Of a DNA stretch of 43,780 bases, positions 8,989 to 18,800 are shown piece after piece. Numbering within the stretch: position 1 is the first letter of the stretch; each line of letters starts with the position of its first letter. Both the position numbers and the translations under genes were made by a program. Below the pieces are notes generated by a model. It did no database searches and was not told the origin of the DNA. It worked only from the letters and a program-made list of their open reading frames with translations. This DNA is from a virus (taxonomy: Duplodnaviria; Heunggongvirae; Uroviricota; Caudoviricetes). The stretch lies in the IMG/VR virus record IMGVR_UViG_3300029305_004082. The stretch is one strand, 5' to 3'.

Positions 8989-10035
8989 TTAGGAATAATC
9001 AAGCTCCGTATAACACCAATCGCTCAGTTTAATGCCGGGGTCGCCAATAGCAAAGGTGTAATCTTCAAGGAGTACGGGTCGCGTATACCGTATACGGGCT
9101 TCGTTCAGAGCTATATCAACGCTCTGGAATATCGTATCGTATGCGGTGCCCAATGCCATACTGTGTCGTTGCACATCGGTGCTCTCCAGAAGAGTGGCGA
9201 GGTCATATGCAGCCGAGCAGAATGTCTGCACCGTTTCTTTATGCCGAAAACTGAATACCATCGTACCAACGAAAGCGCAGAAGGTTTGCGCTATGTCGAC
9301 AGATTTCAACAGGGCATCATTATAGATGGTAGCCCACATATTCGATACGGTTGTTTCTTTGTCGGACTTCATTAACACATTCTGGTAAATGCTTGTCAGC
9401 ATCTTACCCACAGATGTTTCCTTAATAGAAGGGAACAATGTGTTCTGCCAGTATTGTACTGCCATATTTGTGGAAGCTTTTTCTTTTACGGAAGTCATAA
9501 ATATGCTTGCCCAGAAAGAAACCATCATCTTTGTAACGGCGGCTTCACGCACGGATGGCATTAACACGTTGTTGTAGAAGTCAACAAACATTTTTGATAT
9601 GGCAGACTCCCTGTGCCGGAACAAAACACCCGCAACATCAATCCAGTGAGATATTTCGCCAACAACTCTACCGATAGAAGCATCAATGTCCGCAGACAGC
9701 CGAAATACTGTTTGCCGTATTGATGTTGATATGCGGCTTATGGTTTTATTAATCCCAAAAGATACACGAGGCGTTGTTTTCTGTTCGCTGACAGTCGCCG
9801 TTATGCGAGGCGTTGTGTTGTCCGCCATTATTACTATTCTTTTAACGTCAGTTTCGAGAGTGAGAGGAATTCTTTCAATTTCTTTCTGGACATCAAAAGA
9901 AAACCTATCGGGTAAAACCTCTAAATCGAAGTTGATAGGCTTAATGCCGAACACCACCGATATTCGCTCGATGGTGTTCATAAGAAAAGGTATGCGCTGT
10001 ACTACGCTGTGTATCTCAAAGGATGTGCGCTTCAT
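8989..10035 (-). CDS. Repeat-containing tail protein (21-aa repeats), function unknown
   Basis: Five consecutive 21-aa units, aa 143-247; located in the tail module. Confidence 0.55.
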   Translation of the reverse strand: MKRTSFEIHSVVQRIPFLMNTIERISVVFGIKPINFDLEVLPDRFSFDVQKEIERIPLTLETDVKRIVIMADNTTPRITATVSEQKTTPRVSFGINKTISRISTSIRQTVFRLSADIDASIGRVVGEISHWIDVAGVLFRHRESAISKMFVDFYNNVLMPSVREAAVTKMMVSFWASIFMTSVKEKASTNMAVQYWQNTLFPSIKETSVGKMLTSIYQNVLMKSDKETTVSNMWATIYNDALLKSVDIAQTFCAFVGTMVFSFRHKETVQTFCSAAYDLATLLESTDVQRHSMALGTAYDTIFQSVDIALNEARIRYTRPVLLEDYTFAIGDPGIKLSDWCYTELDYS

Positions 10036-10038
10036 AGC

Positions 10039-10467
10039 TTAATTAGCACGACTCAAACGCAAATTACCCGCAGGAACAATAACCCTACCGCCTGCCGTAA
10101 TAGCAATGTTGATGGGGTTCCCATTGGGGTCACAAATCCTATCGTAATACAGTGCTGTGCCGCCAGTGGCGGAAGAAGATATGAACCAATACATCAGTTC
10201 AGTGTTGGAAATGGTTGCGGTAAAAGAGTCAAACTCAATAGTGGCGGCATTTACAATAATGCCGTCCTCGGTAACCGCCCATTTGGTAGAATCATTAGTA
10301 ATAGCCTTGCGAGAATAACCTGCCGCATCAGGCTCAGTAAAACCAATGCCGGTCTCAAAATCCACCTCGGTAGTAGACAGACCAATATAATACGTATCAG
10401 GTATAGCATAAGCCACATTGCCGAACTCAGCATTCATAGTTTGTACTGCATGAATCTTGCTTATCAT
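10039..10467 (-). CDS. Phage tail fibre/baseplate protein
   Basis: YYIGLST..EPDAAGYSRKAI..G.IVNAATIEF..ATGGTALYY..I..GG...PAG.L is a widespread phage tail-protein pattern. Confidence 0.6.
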   Translation of the reverse strand: MISKIHAVQTMNAEFGNVAYAIPDTYYIGLSTTEVDFETGIGFTEPDAAGYSRKAITNDSTKWAVTEDGIIVNAATIEFDSFTATISNTELMYWFISSSATGGTALYYDRICDPNGNPINIAITAGGRVIVPAGNLRLSRAN

Positions 10468-10842
10468 TTAGCTCACCTCCGCATTGCGGGGGACAATAAT
10501 CAGAGTACCCCTGATGGGCCTGAACACATCCCCGTCGGGACTTGTCAACTCTATCTGGTAATCAAAAGAACCCTGCAGGTTATACGTATCCGCAGACAGC
10601 AGGGTTACATCAAAATTATTAGTAGGCATTCCTACAACAACCTGTTCGGGGTTTGCGGAAAGGGACAGCGTAAGAGCTGCGCTATCAGGTTGCCCCCAAT
10701 AAGTCAGCAGAAATTTGATTTCGGTGCCAGATAAAGAGAAGTCCACACTGCCGCCGTCAGCACGATTGGCGGCAAAGGGGAGGGTGAACTGGTGCCCAGC
10801 CATGACGGTTACATCAGGAGCTTTCGTGAACAGTTCAGTCAA
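10468..10842 (-). CDS. BppU-like baseplate adaptor (start corrected to TTG 10842)
   Basis: TTG overlaps the upstream stop (TTGACTGA). VMAGHQFTLPF..L.GSFDYQIELTSPDG..RGTLII pattern. Confidence 0.5.
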   Translation of the reverse strand: MTELFTKAPDVTVMAGHQFTLPFAANRADGGSVDFSLSGTEIKFLLTYWGQPDSAALTLSLSANPEQVVVGMPTNNFDVTLLSADTYNLQGSFDYQIELTSPDGDVFRPIRGTLIIVPRNAEVS

Positions 10843-11008
10843 ATTTACCCACCGCCTTCTTTTCAGTTTCAGCATCTTCGGCGAGAAGCAACCTAATGGA
10901 ACGCAAGCACATTGCGTGCTTGGTAGAATACTCCTCGGAAGGTGCTGGTATCATAGTAACAAGTGTGTTATACACATTTGCCAGTGTTTCTTTTTGTTCT
11001 TTTGTCAT
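10835..11008 (-). CDS. 57-aa hypothetical protein below the ORF-track cutoff
   Basis: RBS GAAAGG then ATG. MTKEQKETLANVYNTLVTMIPAPSEEYSTKHAMCLRSIRLLLAEDAETEKKAVGKFD fills the gap and couples to the next gene. Confidence 0.6.
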   Translation of the reverse strand: MTKEQKETLANVYNTLVTMIPAPSEEYSTKHAMCLRSIRLLLAEDAETEKKAVGKFD

Positions 11009-11024
11009 TTGTTATGCCTTTCTT

Positions 11025-11768
11025 TTAATCAGGTATGTAAAGACGTCTACCGCTACTGTCTGTCAAGTATTGTTGCGAAGCCGTATAATAAGTAACATCG
11101 CTATAATAACCGCCGCCACTTCCATTCAAAGCAACTTGCATATAATCACTTGGGTCCCAACTAAAGCCCCAATATTTTCTATAATCAGCCCAAGAAACAT
11201 AATATGTGCCGGAAGAATATTGAGATACATTTACGGGAGAATATGATTTTACAAGGAGGTATTTTTTTTGTGCTACGGGTGTGGCGCTATACGATGTAAA
11301 CTCAGCCTCTACCAAATACAAACAACGACCACCAGATGAGTCAATAAACATACCATCGGAGCCATCAAAAGTAAATGTCAGAGTATCGCCTGGGCTGAAA
11401 GCGGGAGCTCCTAAATCATTATCTAAGTCTATAGTAAACGTGCTGTTTCGAGTTGAGCTTGAATAACCACTAAACTCAGATGCTTCCAAATACCATATAA
11501 GCTGTTTAGCACCAGTATTATATTTCATGTAAACAGGCACCATGGTAGCATTTGAACTCGCCCACCAATCATCATCCCAAGAAGAGGGGCTGTACCGCGA
11601 GTAAAAGGTAAAAGTAATGGAGCAACTATCATATGAAGAATAATTATCCGGGAAGTTTACGACTATCCACGCATCCGACATGTCGTTGCCGCCAATCTGA
11701 TAACCTTCAGCGGTAGAATTATATGTGTTATCTCCTGATGCACTTATTGTTGTTGAATATACCGCCAT
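11025..11768 (-). CDS. Aromatic/Ser-rich beta protein, candidate receptor-binding protein
   Basis: Y/W/S-rich 247 aa directly after Tal; RBS GAGGTG. The function is inference. Confidence 0.4.
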   Translation of the reverse strand: MAVYSTTISASGDNTYNSTAEGYQIGGNDMSDAWIVVNFPDNYSSYDSCSITFTFYSRYSPSSWDDDWWASSNATMVPVYMKYNTGAKQLIWYLEASEFSGYSSSTRNSTFTIDLDNDLGAPAFSPGDTLTFTFDGSDGMFIDSSGGRCLYLVEAEFTSYSATPVAQKKYLLVKSYSPVNVSQYSSGTYYVSWADYRKYWGFSWDPSDYMQVALNGSGGGYYSDVTYYTASQQYLTDSSGRRLYIPD

Positions 11769-11779
11769 ATTTCACCTCT

Positions 11780-14700
11780 TTACGCCAAAGGAGCCCCAAT
11801 TATTCTCTCTACCGTGGGACGGCTCGGGTCAAGATTAACCCAGCCCTTTTGTATATCGGTATCCAATGTATAGGTCGTACCTGCGGAAGTATCAATATTT
11901 GGAATAGCTCGTGCATATATCTGATACCAAGTATCACCAGATTGAGAACTATAAGCATACCAGAAACCAACAGTTGTTTCTGCGCTACCAATCTGACTCC
12001 CATTAACACCATCTCGTATTTTTACACTACCTGACGTAGACCTAATAATATTGATAGTCCTTGCGCTGGAACTACCGCTACCAGAACCACCGGTATTACT
12101 ACCCGTACTATAAAACAGCCTATATGTGGCGGATGAGTTTTCAACAGCAACATCCAACATATTGTATACCACCGTTCCAAAATTATTGGCAGAGTGTGAT
12201 GTTACTAAATAGTTGCCGGTGTTGCTTAATCCCGCACCAGACGGTGTGACTGGCACATAAGGGTACGAGCCAGTTATTTCAAGGTCTCCGTTTATCAGGA
12301 CTTTATCATTTCCTGCAACAAGCGCACCAACCGAACCAGAGGTAGCATCAAGGAATCCACGGAATGTGCCTTTGTTTGCTATAAGGTTACCATTGTAATC
12401 CACGCTAAACTGCGCATTATTCTGGTTAACACCTGCAGAAAAGGCATACTGACCACCACCAAGACGAGCATAGCTACTATCAGAAGCTTCGTAAACATCT
12501 GCTTCAGCAACATAATAAGGTATGGTTGTTCCTGTTTCGTCAACTATTTCGATAGTAGGCGTAGTACCGCCAGAAGTGTTTTCAGTTTCGGCAACAATAT
12601 TCTTTATAGAATCAGTAGTTCCTGCAATAACCTGCAAATCGGGGTCGGAATAGTAAGTTACTTCTGCGCTGCAAACACGCTTTCCAAAAACACGTTCCAA
12701 CCCAGACTGTTCTTTATTCTCCCAACCTGCAATATTTCCAACGGAAGTAAGGGCTCCTGCGATAGTAACGTTACCATCCATATCCATAGAAAGCTTGTCA
12801 ACCCATTCGCCATCCTCGTTGGCCTGCATGTGGAACCCTTGAGATGGATTCATAAAGATTTTGGCATTCTCAGACACGTTGGCAAAGGACATGCCACCAC
12901 CATCAACAGAGAAGTTGCCGGACTCGCTCATAATGGAAAGGTTATTACCAATTAGCATTGAGCCAACAAGTACATCAGCAATAACACCAAACTTATCTAT
13001 GCCGCCAACATTAACCTTACCGATAGCCATAGCGCAATTAAGCCAGTTATCGTCAGTCAGATAAATGCCATTGTTAAGCACCTTAATCTGCTCAGGCTCG
13101 TATTCATTTGCCGCAATCTCTTTACGCCCCAGTATGCCATGGGAGTCAATAAGCATAGATTGATTATTACCTGCCAATACAGCGTTGCGAGAAGTATCCA
13201 GAGCGGAATTCATAAACTCCGCAAACTTATCAAGGTCACCGTTGCGAACAGGTTTTATCATGTCGGAGAAATTCGCCGACACAACGCCGCTTGTCTTGCT
13301 AACTTCGTTATTGAGTTCAGCCCAAGTCCATTCGGCAGTCTGCAGACGATACCTGTTACCCCAAGTCATAGAGAAGTTGTCGGGGTTGCTGTAATCTATC
13401 TCCATCTCCAAAAGAACAGGAGAAACCCATTCATCCTCGCGTATTTCGGCATTAACGGTACAGCCGAGTTTACACTGTAATGCAAAGTGCTCGTACTCCT
13501 TCATAAACAAGAAGTTCATAGCTTCCAGAGAGAAGTTATAATTGGGCTGAGAAATGCGGGTAAGTGCATTCTTGCCCTGCTCATACAACTGACGTGCAAC
13601 TTCCTGCATGTCGGCAAAGGTGTAGTTCTCGCTCAGTACAAAATACTCATTGGTATACGTGGTGCCGAAGATAAACTTATCCAGTTCAAGCAGTTCTTCC
13701 CGCGTAAAGTACGCCGCCATAGACAGGCTTTCGTTTTTTGCGGAAATTGCGGTGTCAAGTTCGGCAATCTCCTGCATAAGCGCATTTTTATTCTGCGTGG
13801 CTGCCGCAATGAACTGCTCGCACAAATAAATGTTAACCAATGCTTCGGCAATGCCGCCATCATCCACAACTATATTCTTGGCGTATTCTTCTACACCAGG
13901 AGTTACTGCGGTCTCGTCTACGCCAAACCCAAGATTGATAACAGGATAGGAGGTGGCGTCCAGAACCATAGTTCTTTTCTGGTCATAAGAAAGACCATCA
14001 ACCCACCCTTTGATATCCTTAACGGCATTGGAGCTGCTCTCAGCCATGGTGTACGGCGTACTTACATCCTGTACTTGTTTGCCAGAATCAAGCATTGCCA
14101 AACCATCGGCTATTTCGGAATTAACCTCAATAACATTATTGCTCAGTTCAAGTTTGCGAGCCAACAGGCCGCGATAACTTGTGCCGTCAGCATCATCATC
14201 ACCCGCCTGAATTTGCTCGTCAATTTCATCCTGCCAAGCCTTAACCTTAGTCCAGAGGGCAGGGGTCATCTGCTCAGCAAAATAGTCGAACCGATAAATT
14301 GTTGCGGTGCCCAAAGGATTGATGCTTGCGATAGACAGATTGCCTGCACCGTAAATATCCAGAGCGGTGATTACAGGGTCATCAGTTTCCGCAATCTCAA
14401 CCGACTTCATAAGATTATCCCACGTAAACACTATGTCGGTGGGTGTAATAACCTCGGATGCCGTATACGCATTTATTTCAAGACTCTCATTATCGAACAC
14501 AAAAATAGCCTCATATGCTTCTGAGGCTTCTTGTGTGAGGAAGTTGTAAACTGTGGTATCCGGCATATCGAAGGTGCGGTATTTGCCGATAAGCTCGTTG
14601 CTTATGTTCTTGCCGATTTTCCAAGAAGGACAACGCCGCTGTATTGTGCCCATAAGGGTATCATCAGGGGATGTGATATCGTAGAAATTATAAGTCCCCG

Positions 14701-15037
14701 CCTTGATGTCCGCATTGCGCATAGTCAGTGTGTACTCGTAAGAGAAACAATGCACAGACTTGCGTTCAATAAAGCCCTCGGATTCCACAACGGCACTGTC
14801 AATAACCCAATAACCAAAGCCATCAACATGTATGACGCGATTCTTGGTAATCAGATTAAAGTACGGCACGTCGTCTCCGCTATTAATCTCGAAGGACAGT
14901 TCGCTTATGGCATTAAAACGAGGAATTATCTTAAATGCGGCGCTCGGTACGATTACGTCAAGCTCATCAAAATTGGGATTGCACAACACTATTTCGGGAA
15001 TTTCGTAACGGTTAAACTTATCAAATGAGAAGTACAT
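11780..15037 (-). CDS. Baseplate hub / tail-associated protein (Tal-like), 1085 aa
   Basis: Follows Dit. N-terminal FNAISELSFEI, VITALDIYG and SINPLGT baseplate-hub-type sequence, a coiled coil, then fibre-like FSVDYNGNL repeats. Confidence 0.75.
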   Translation of the reverse strand: MYFSFDKFNRYEIPEIVLCNPNFDELDVIVPSAAFKIIPRFNAISELSFEINSGDDVPYFNLITKNRVIHVDGFGYWVIDSAVVESEGFIERKSVHCFSYEYTLTMRNADIKAGTYNFYDITSPDDTLMGTIQRRCPSWKIGKNISNELIGKYRTFDMPDTTVYNFLTQEASEAYEAIFVFDNESLEINAYTASEVITPTDIVFTWDNLMKSVEIAETDDPVITALDIYGAGNLSIASINPLGTATIYRFDYFAEQMTPALWTKVKAWQDEIDEQIQAGDDDADGTSYRGLLARKLELSNNVIEVNSEIADGLAMLDSGKQVQDVSTPYTMAESSSNAVKDIKGWVDGLSYDQKRTMVLDATSYPVINLGFGVDETAVTPGVEEYAKNIVVDDGGIAEALVNIYLCEQFIAAATQNKNALMQEIAELDTAISAKNESLSMAAYFTREELLELDKFIFGTTYTNEYFVLSENYTFADMQEVARQLYEQGKNALTRISQPNYNFSLEAMNFLFMKEYEHFALQCKLGCTVNAEIREDEWVSPVLLEMEIDYSNPDNFSMTWGNRYRLQTAEWTWAELNNEVSKTSGVVSANFSDMIKPVRNGDLDKFAEFMNSALDTSRNAVLAGNNQSMLIDSHGILGRKEIAANEYEPEQIKVLNNGIYLTDDNWLNCAMAIGKVNVGGIDKFGVIADVLVGSMLIGNNLSIMSESGNFSVDGGGMSFANVSENAKIFMNPSQGFHMQANEDGEWVDKLSMDMDGNVTIAGALTSVGNIAGWENKEQSGLERVFGKRVCSAEVTYYSDPDLQVIAGTTDSIKNIVAETENTSGGTTPTIEIVDETGTTIPYYVAEADVYEASDSSYARLGGGQYAFSAGVNQNNAQFSVDYNGNLIANKGTFRGFLDATSGSVGALVAGNDKVLINGDLEITGSYPYVPVTPSGAGLSNTGNYLVTSHSANNFGTVVYNMLDVAVENSSATYRLFYSTGSNTGGSGSGSSSARTINIIRSTSGSVKIRDGVNGSQIGSAETTVGFWYAYSSQSGDTWYQIYARAIPNIDTSAGTTYTLDTDIQKGWVNLDPSRPTVERIIGAPLA

Positions 15038-15040
15038 AGT

Positions 15041-15820
15041 TTAACCTCCAAGTCTGCGGAAATTCTCTATGGTAATATCCAGAGAAGAAAGATTGCCGTC
15101 AACCTTAATGATGTTTGCTCCACGCACCAACCGCAGGAACTTTTTGTTGAAGTTGCCAAGCCTGTTCGCACCCAAAGAGGAGCGAATTATCTTGGTGTTA
15201 CCTTCAATCGTTATAGTTTCGCCGCCAGTAAGCCCCGTAAAAGAGAACTGGCGGTTATTGTCGGATTCATTTGTGAGTACAACTTCCGTCGCATCATTCG
15301 CCAGAGTAAAAGATACGGAAGGGTAGGTATAATCGTTGTTGCCGGACTGGTTATTCACCACAATGGTGCCGCCAGACGTAGGCACAAAATGCAGGGTGCG
15401 GGGCTTTTCCCAAGCTCCACCTGCATCACAAATAACCTTAAACTTCCAACCATTATTGCCGTTTATCTGGATATCCTCGGGGTCGTTGAACAAACAGTTA
15501 AAGTAATATCCGCTCAAATCTTCCCGCATAATCTGGAAGGTTTTATATTCCAGATGACCGAACAGCCAATCCTTTACCAGAACAGCCTGAGCGGTGCTGA
15601 GCTCATATTCGCACATTACCTCTATCTCGAATTCCAGCGGATTGGCGGGAGTTGCACTAAGTATTTTTGTTTTAAGACTACGCGCCGCCCTGCTACGAAC
15701 GACTTCCATAGAGGAACCACCTTCGTAGCGATATGACGCTAACTCAAAGGAGACGATGCGCAAGCCGTATGTCTGAGACGGAACGCCATCGAATATAAAG
15801 CTGTAACCTTGATACGCCAA
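15041..15820 (-). CDS. Distal tail protein (Dit-like)
   Basis: Directly after TMP. FIFDGVPSQTYGL..PLEFEI..WLFG.., C-terminal FLRLVRGANIIKV pattern. Confidence 0.75.
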   Translation of the reverse strand: MAYQGYSFIFDGVPSQTYGLRIVSFELASYRYEGGSSMEVVRSRAARSLKTKILSATPANPLEFEIEVMCEYELSTAQAVLVKDWLFGHLEYKTFQIMREDLSGYYFNCLFNDPEDIQINGNNGWKFKVICDAGGAWEKPRTLHFVPTSGGTIVVNNQSGNNDYTYPSVSFTLANDATEVVLTNESDNNRQFSFTGLTGGETITIEGNTKIIRSSLGANRLGNFNKKFLRLVRGANIIKVDGNLSSLDITIENFRRLGG

Positions 15821-15840
15821 AAGCGCACCTCCTTTTCTTC

Positions 15841-15874
15841 AAAATATGGGACGCCACGATTAACGCAGCGCCCC
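15841..15874 (-). terminator. Terminator-like hairpin after tape measure gene
   Basis: GGGGCGCUGCG-UUAAU-CGUGGCGUCCC followed by AUAUUUU. Confidence 0.45.
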
Positions 15875-15884
15875 GTTGTTATTC

Positions 15885-18800
15885 TTATATTGTTTTTACA
15901 GGCGTTTTGCCTGCGAATTTATTCTGTTGGTTCATTGTTTTGAACACACCGTTCTGGACATCTTTCTTGAACTTGTTGCCCCATTCGTCAAGACGACGCA
16001 GAGTGTCGGCATCAACATCGCCTTCAAATACGTTATGTATTGTAAAGACAGGGGAGTTGTTCTGTACGACAGAACCTGCCAACGTGCGAGACTTGCTTAC
16101 ATCCGTATTTGTTGCGGACTTGATTGCCGCAATGGAGCGGAATGCTTCACGCACAGCTTCCTGCTGACCTTCAGTAAGAACCATTTCCTTTTTCAGCAAC
16201 TTGGCCCAAACCTCATTGTCGTTAAGGGGTACAAGTTCCTTAATGATATCCAAATCATTACGACTGGACTTCTGGCCGACAATACCGCCGGTATGCAATT
16301 TGTCGAACGATGCATTGAGATATCCTGCGGCAATAGCGGCATCAATGGCCTTGCGGGTCTTTGAACCAACCTTGCCATCTATCTTTAGGTCATCGCCAAA
16401 ATTAATGACACCACTGTTCTGCAAATCATTAAGATACTGCTGAAGTCCCTTGGTGGTCATCTTGCCCATAATACCGTCAACGCCATCTTTGTTTGCGCCG
16501 TAATTGCCGATGTCATATCCAGAGTTCACCAGACCTTGCTGAAGGCCGGTTATACCACTGGAAGTGGACACATCAATACTTGCGAAAATAGCCTGTATTT
16601 GAGCAGCCGCATCTGCCGCCCTGTTAATAAGAGCATCAAAACTGGAATTAATAGCATTGATGTTGGCCTCCAACATGCTATCAATGTGGTCCAGTTGTGC
16701 GTCATAACTCTTTTCCAGAGCATCGAGTTGGTCTTCGAGAAGCTTGATTTGGGCATCAATAGTCTTCTCGTAACGCTCGTATTCTTTGTCCAGAGCATCC
16801 TTTTGATTATCGACAGACCAATCCCACTGCTCGTCCTCAAGTTCTTTCTGCTTTGCCATTAACTCATCGTGCAATTCAACACGGCGAGCATTTGCCTTTG
16901 CAGAATTATCCAGAGCGAGAGCGGCAAGTTCTGCCTCAATCTGGGCTATGTCCTGATTAAGCTCGGCAACCCTTTGGTCGTGAGCACGTTCATCAGAAGC
17001 ATCGTCGAGCAGGTCTTTCTTGTAGTCGATAAGGTCTTTGTATGCGTCCTTCTCGTCTTCAAGTAAATCCTTGCGCTTTTCAAGTGCTTCTTTTTCGGCG
17101 TCATACTGGTCTTCGAGCGCTTTCTTCTGCGCATCAGCACGGTTTTCGGCGGCCTCGATTTCCGCGTCACGCTGTCTTTCGTACAGTTCTTTCTGGTAAG
17201 CCCAAAGTTTTTCCTGTACAGAACGATATTCGTCCAAATACTTGGATTTGCCTTTAAGGTATTTGTCTGCCAGAGCTTCTAAGCGACGGTAATACTCTTC
17301 CTCGGATATGAGGTCCATCGCACGAAGGTGGTCGAGCTCTTTTATAGCTTTTTCATATGCGGAGGGGAGGGAAGAGGTAGAAGAACTCCCGGAAGGAATT
17401 TTAACTGCGCCAAAAGCTTCTTTAATAGCATTAACAGCTTCTTGTATTGCTAATTCTCTTTTCTCTATTTCTTTGAAAAGAGCAATACTCATGTATGACT
17501 CTGTAGCATATTCTTTGAGGAGGCTGAGTTCTTCCCGAGCTTTGGATAAATCCATACCGTTCACAGAAGTAATTAAGTCTATATTACCTTCTGCAACAAG
17601 CTTTAATGCTTCGGCGCTACTAAGAGCCGCCGCCGCATTGTCACGAAGTTGACCATTCTCATCAATAAGAGCTTGACTGAGTCCAGGGATTATCTTATCG
17701 AGCTCTTCAATCTTCTCGATAACAACGTTACTTTCGTCACCATAACGTTCTGCCGCATCAACAACATCCTGAAGAGCGTCGGCTATTTGGTCCCCACGGA
17801 ACTGAGCAATGGCAACGTTGAACTGCTTTTGCAATTCCTCTGCTGACATAAGGCCATCGCGATACGCTCGAAGTTCATCTTCAAGTTCAGGGAATACTTC
17901 TAAGAGGTTGTTAACGTTTTCCGAATTGGAAAACACTTCTTCGAAAGAGCCATCTTGTAGATTAGATATGGCGTCCGCCAACACATCAGACTCAGTGGCG
18001 ATTTCACCAATAGCTATTGCAACTCCATCCAAAGAGCTGCTTAAATCATTAGCGGTGTCTGCCGTCTCCGAACTTATCGTTGATTCATAAAAGATGTTGA
18101 GAAGGTTAGACAGATTTGTTTTTAAATCGCCATCCTCTAATGCTTCTACATAGGGTTTAACAAACTCTACAAAATTTTTGATTGAATCTTTTTGCTTTTC
18201 GAGCGCCGCTATTTGTTTTTCTGCCGCTTCATCAGACATATGAACCGTTACACCAAAAATATTTGTGTAACCCTCTGCCTGTTTGCGCTTAACTTCTTCT
18301 ATCTGGCTATTGATATTTTTGTAGGTATCAATGTATCCAGACAGCATATCCTCTATGGTTACAGCTTCACCATTCTGGCTCATCTTCATAAGACGGGCAG
18401 AATTAATAGCCCGACTTTCGGGGGATAGGTCTTTTAGATTTCCACTGCTACCACGAGTAAGAATCTTTTCGGCAGTTTCAGATGCCCTTTTTTCTTCTTC
18501 TTCACGAAGCTGTTTGCGATACTCCAACTCTGTGTTAAGAGTTTTGAGATGTTCCTGCTCTGCCTTAAAACGCTCTTTCTCTCCGCTCGTAAGAGCTCGA
18601 TTTCTTTCAATTTCAGAAAGCTCTTCAATCGCTTCTTTTGATTTTTCTCTCGCCTCGTTTAAAGAACTTATTTTTTCATCAATCTCGGCTATTTTTGCTA
18701 CGGACTCATCATATTTTTCAATGGTAGATTTATGATATTTAGCTAACAGAACTAATGCGCCAGTCGCTATACCTATCGCCGCTATTGTTCCAGCGTTTGC

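Noticed and set aside
11025-12100. Diversity-generating retroelement target at the tail tip
   Set aside because: No reverse transcriptase and no template/variable repeat pair seen in the window; cannot be excluded elsewhere in the genome.
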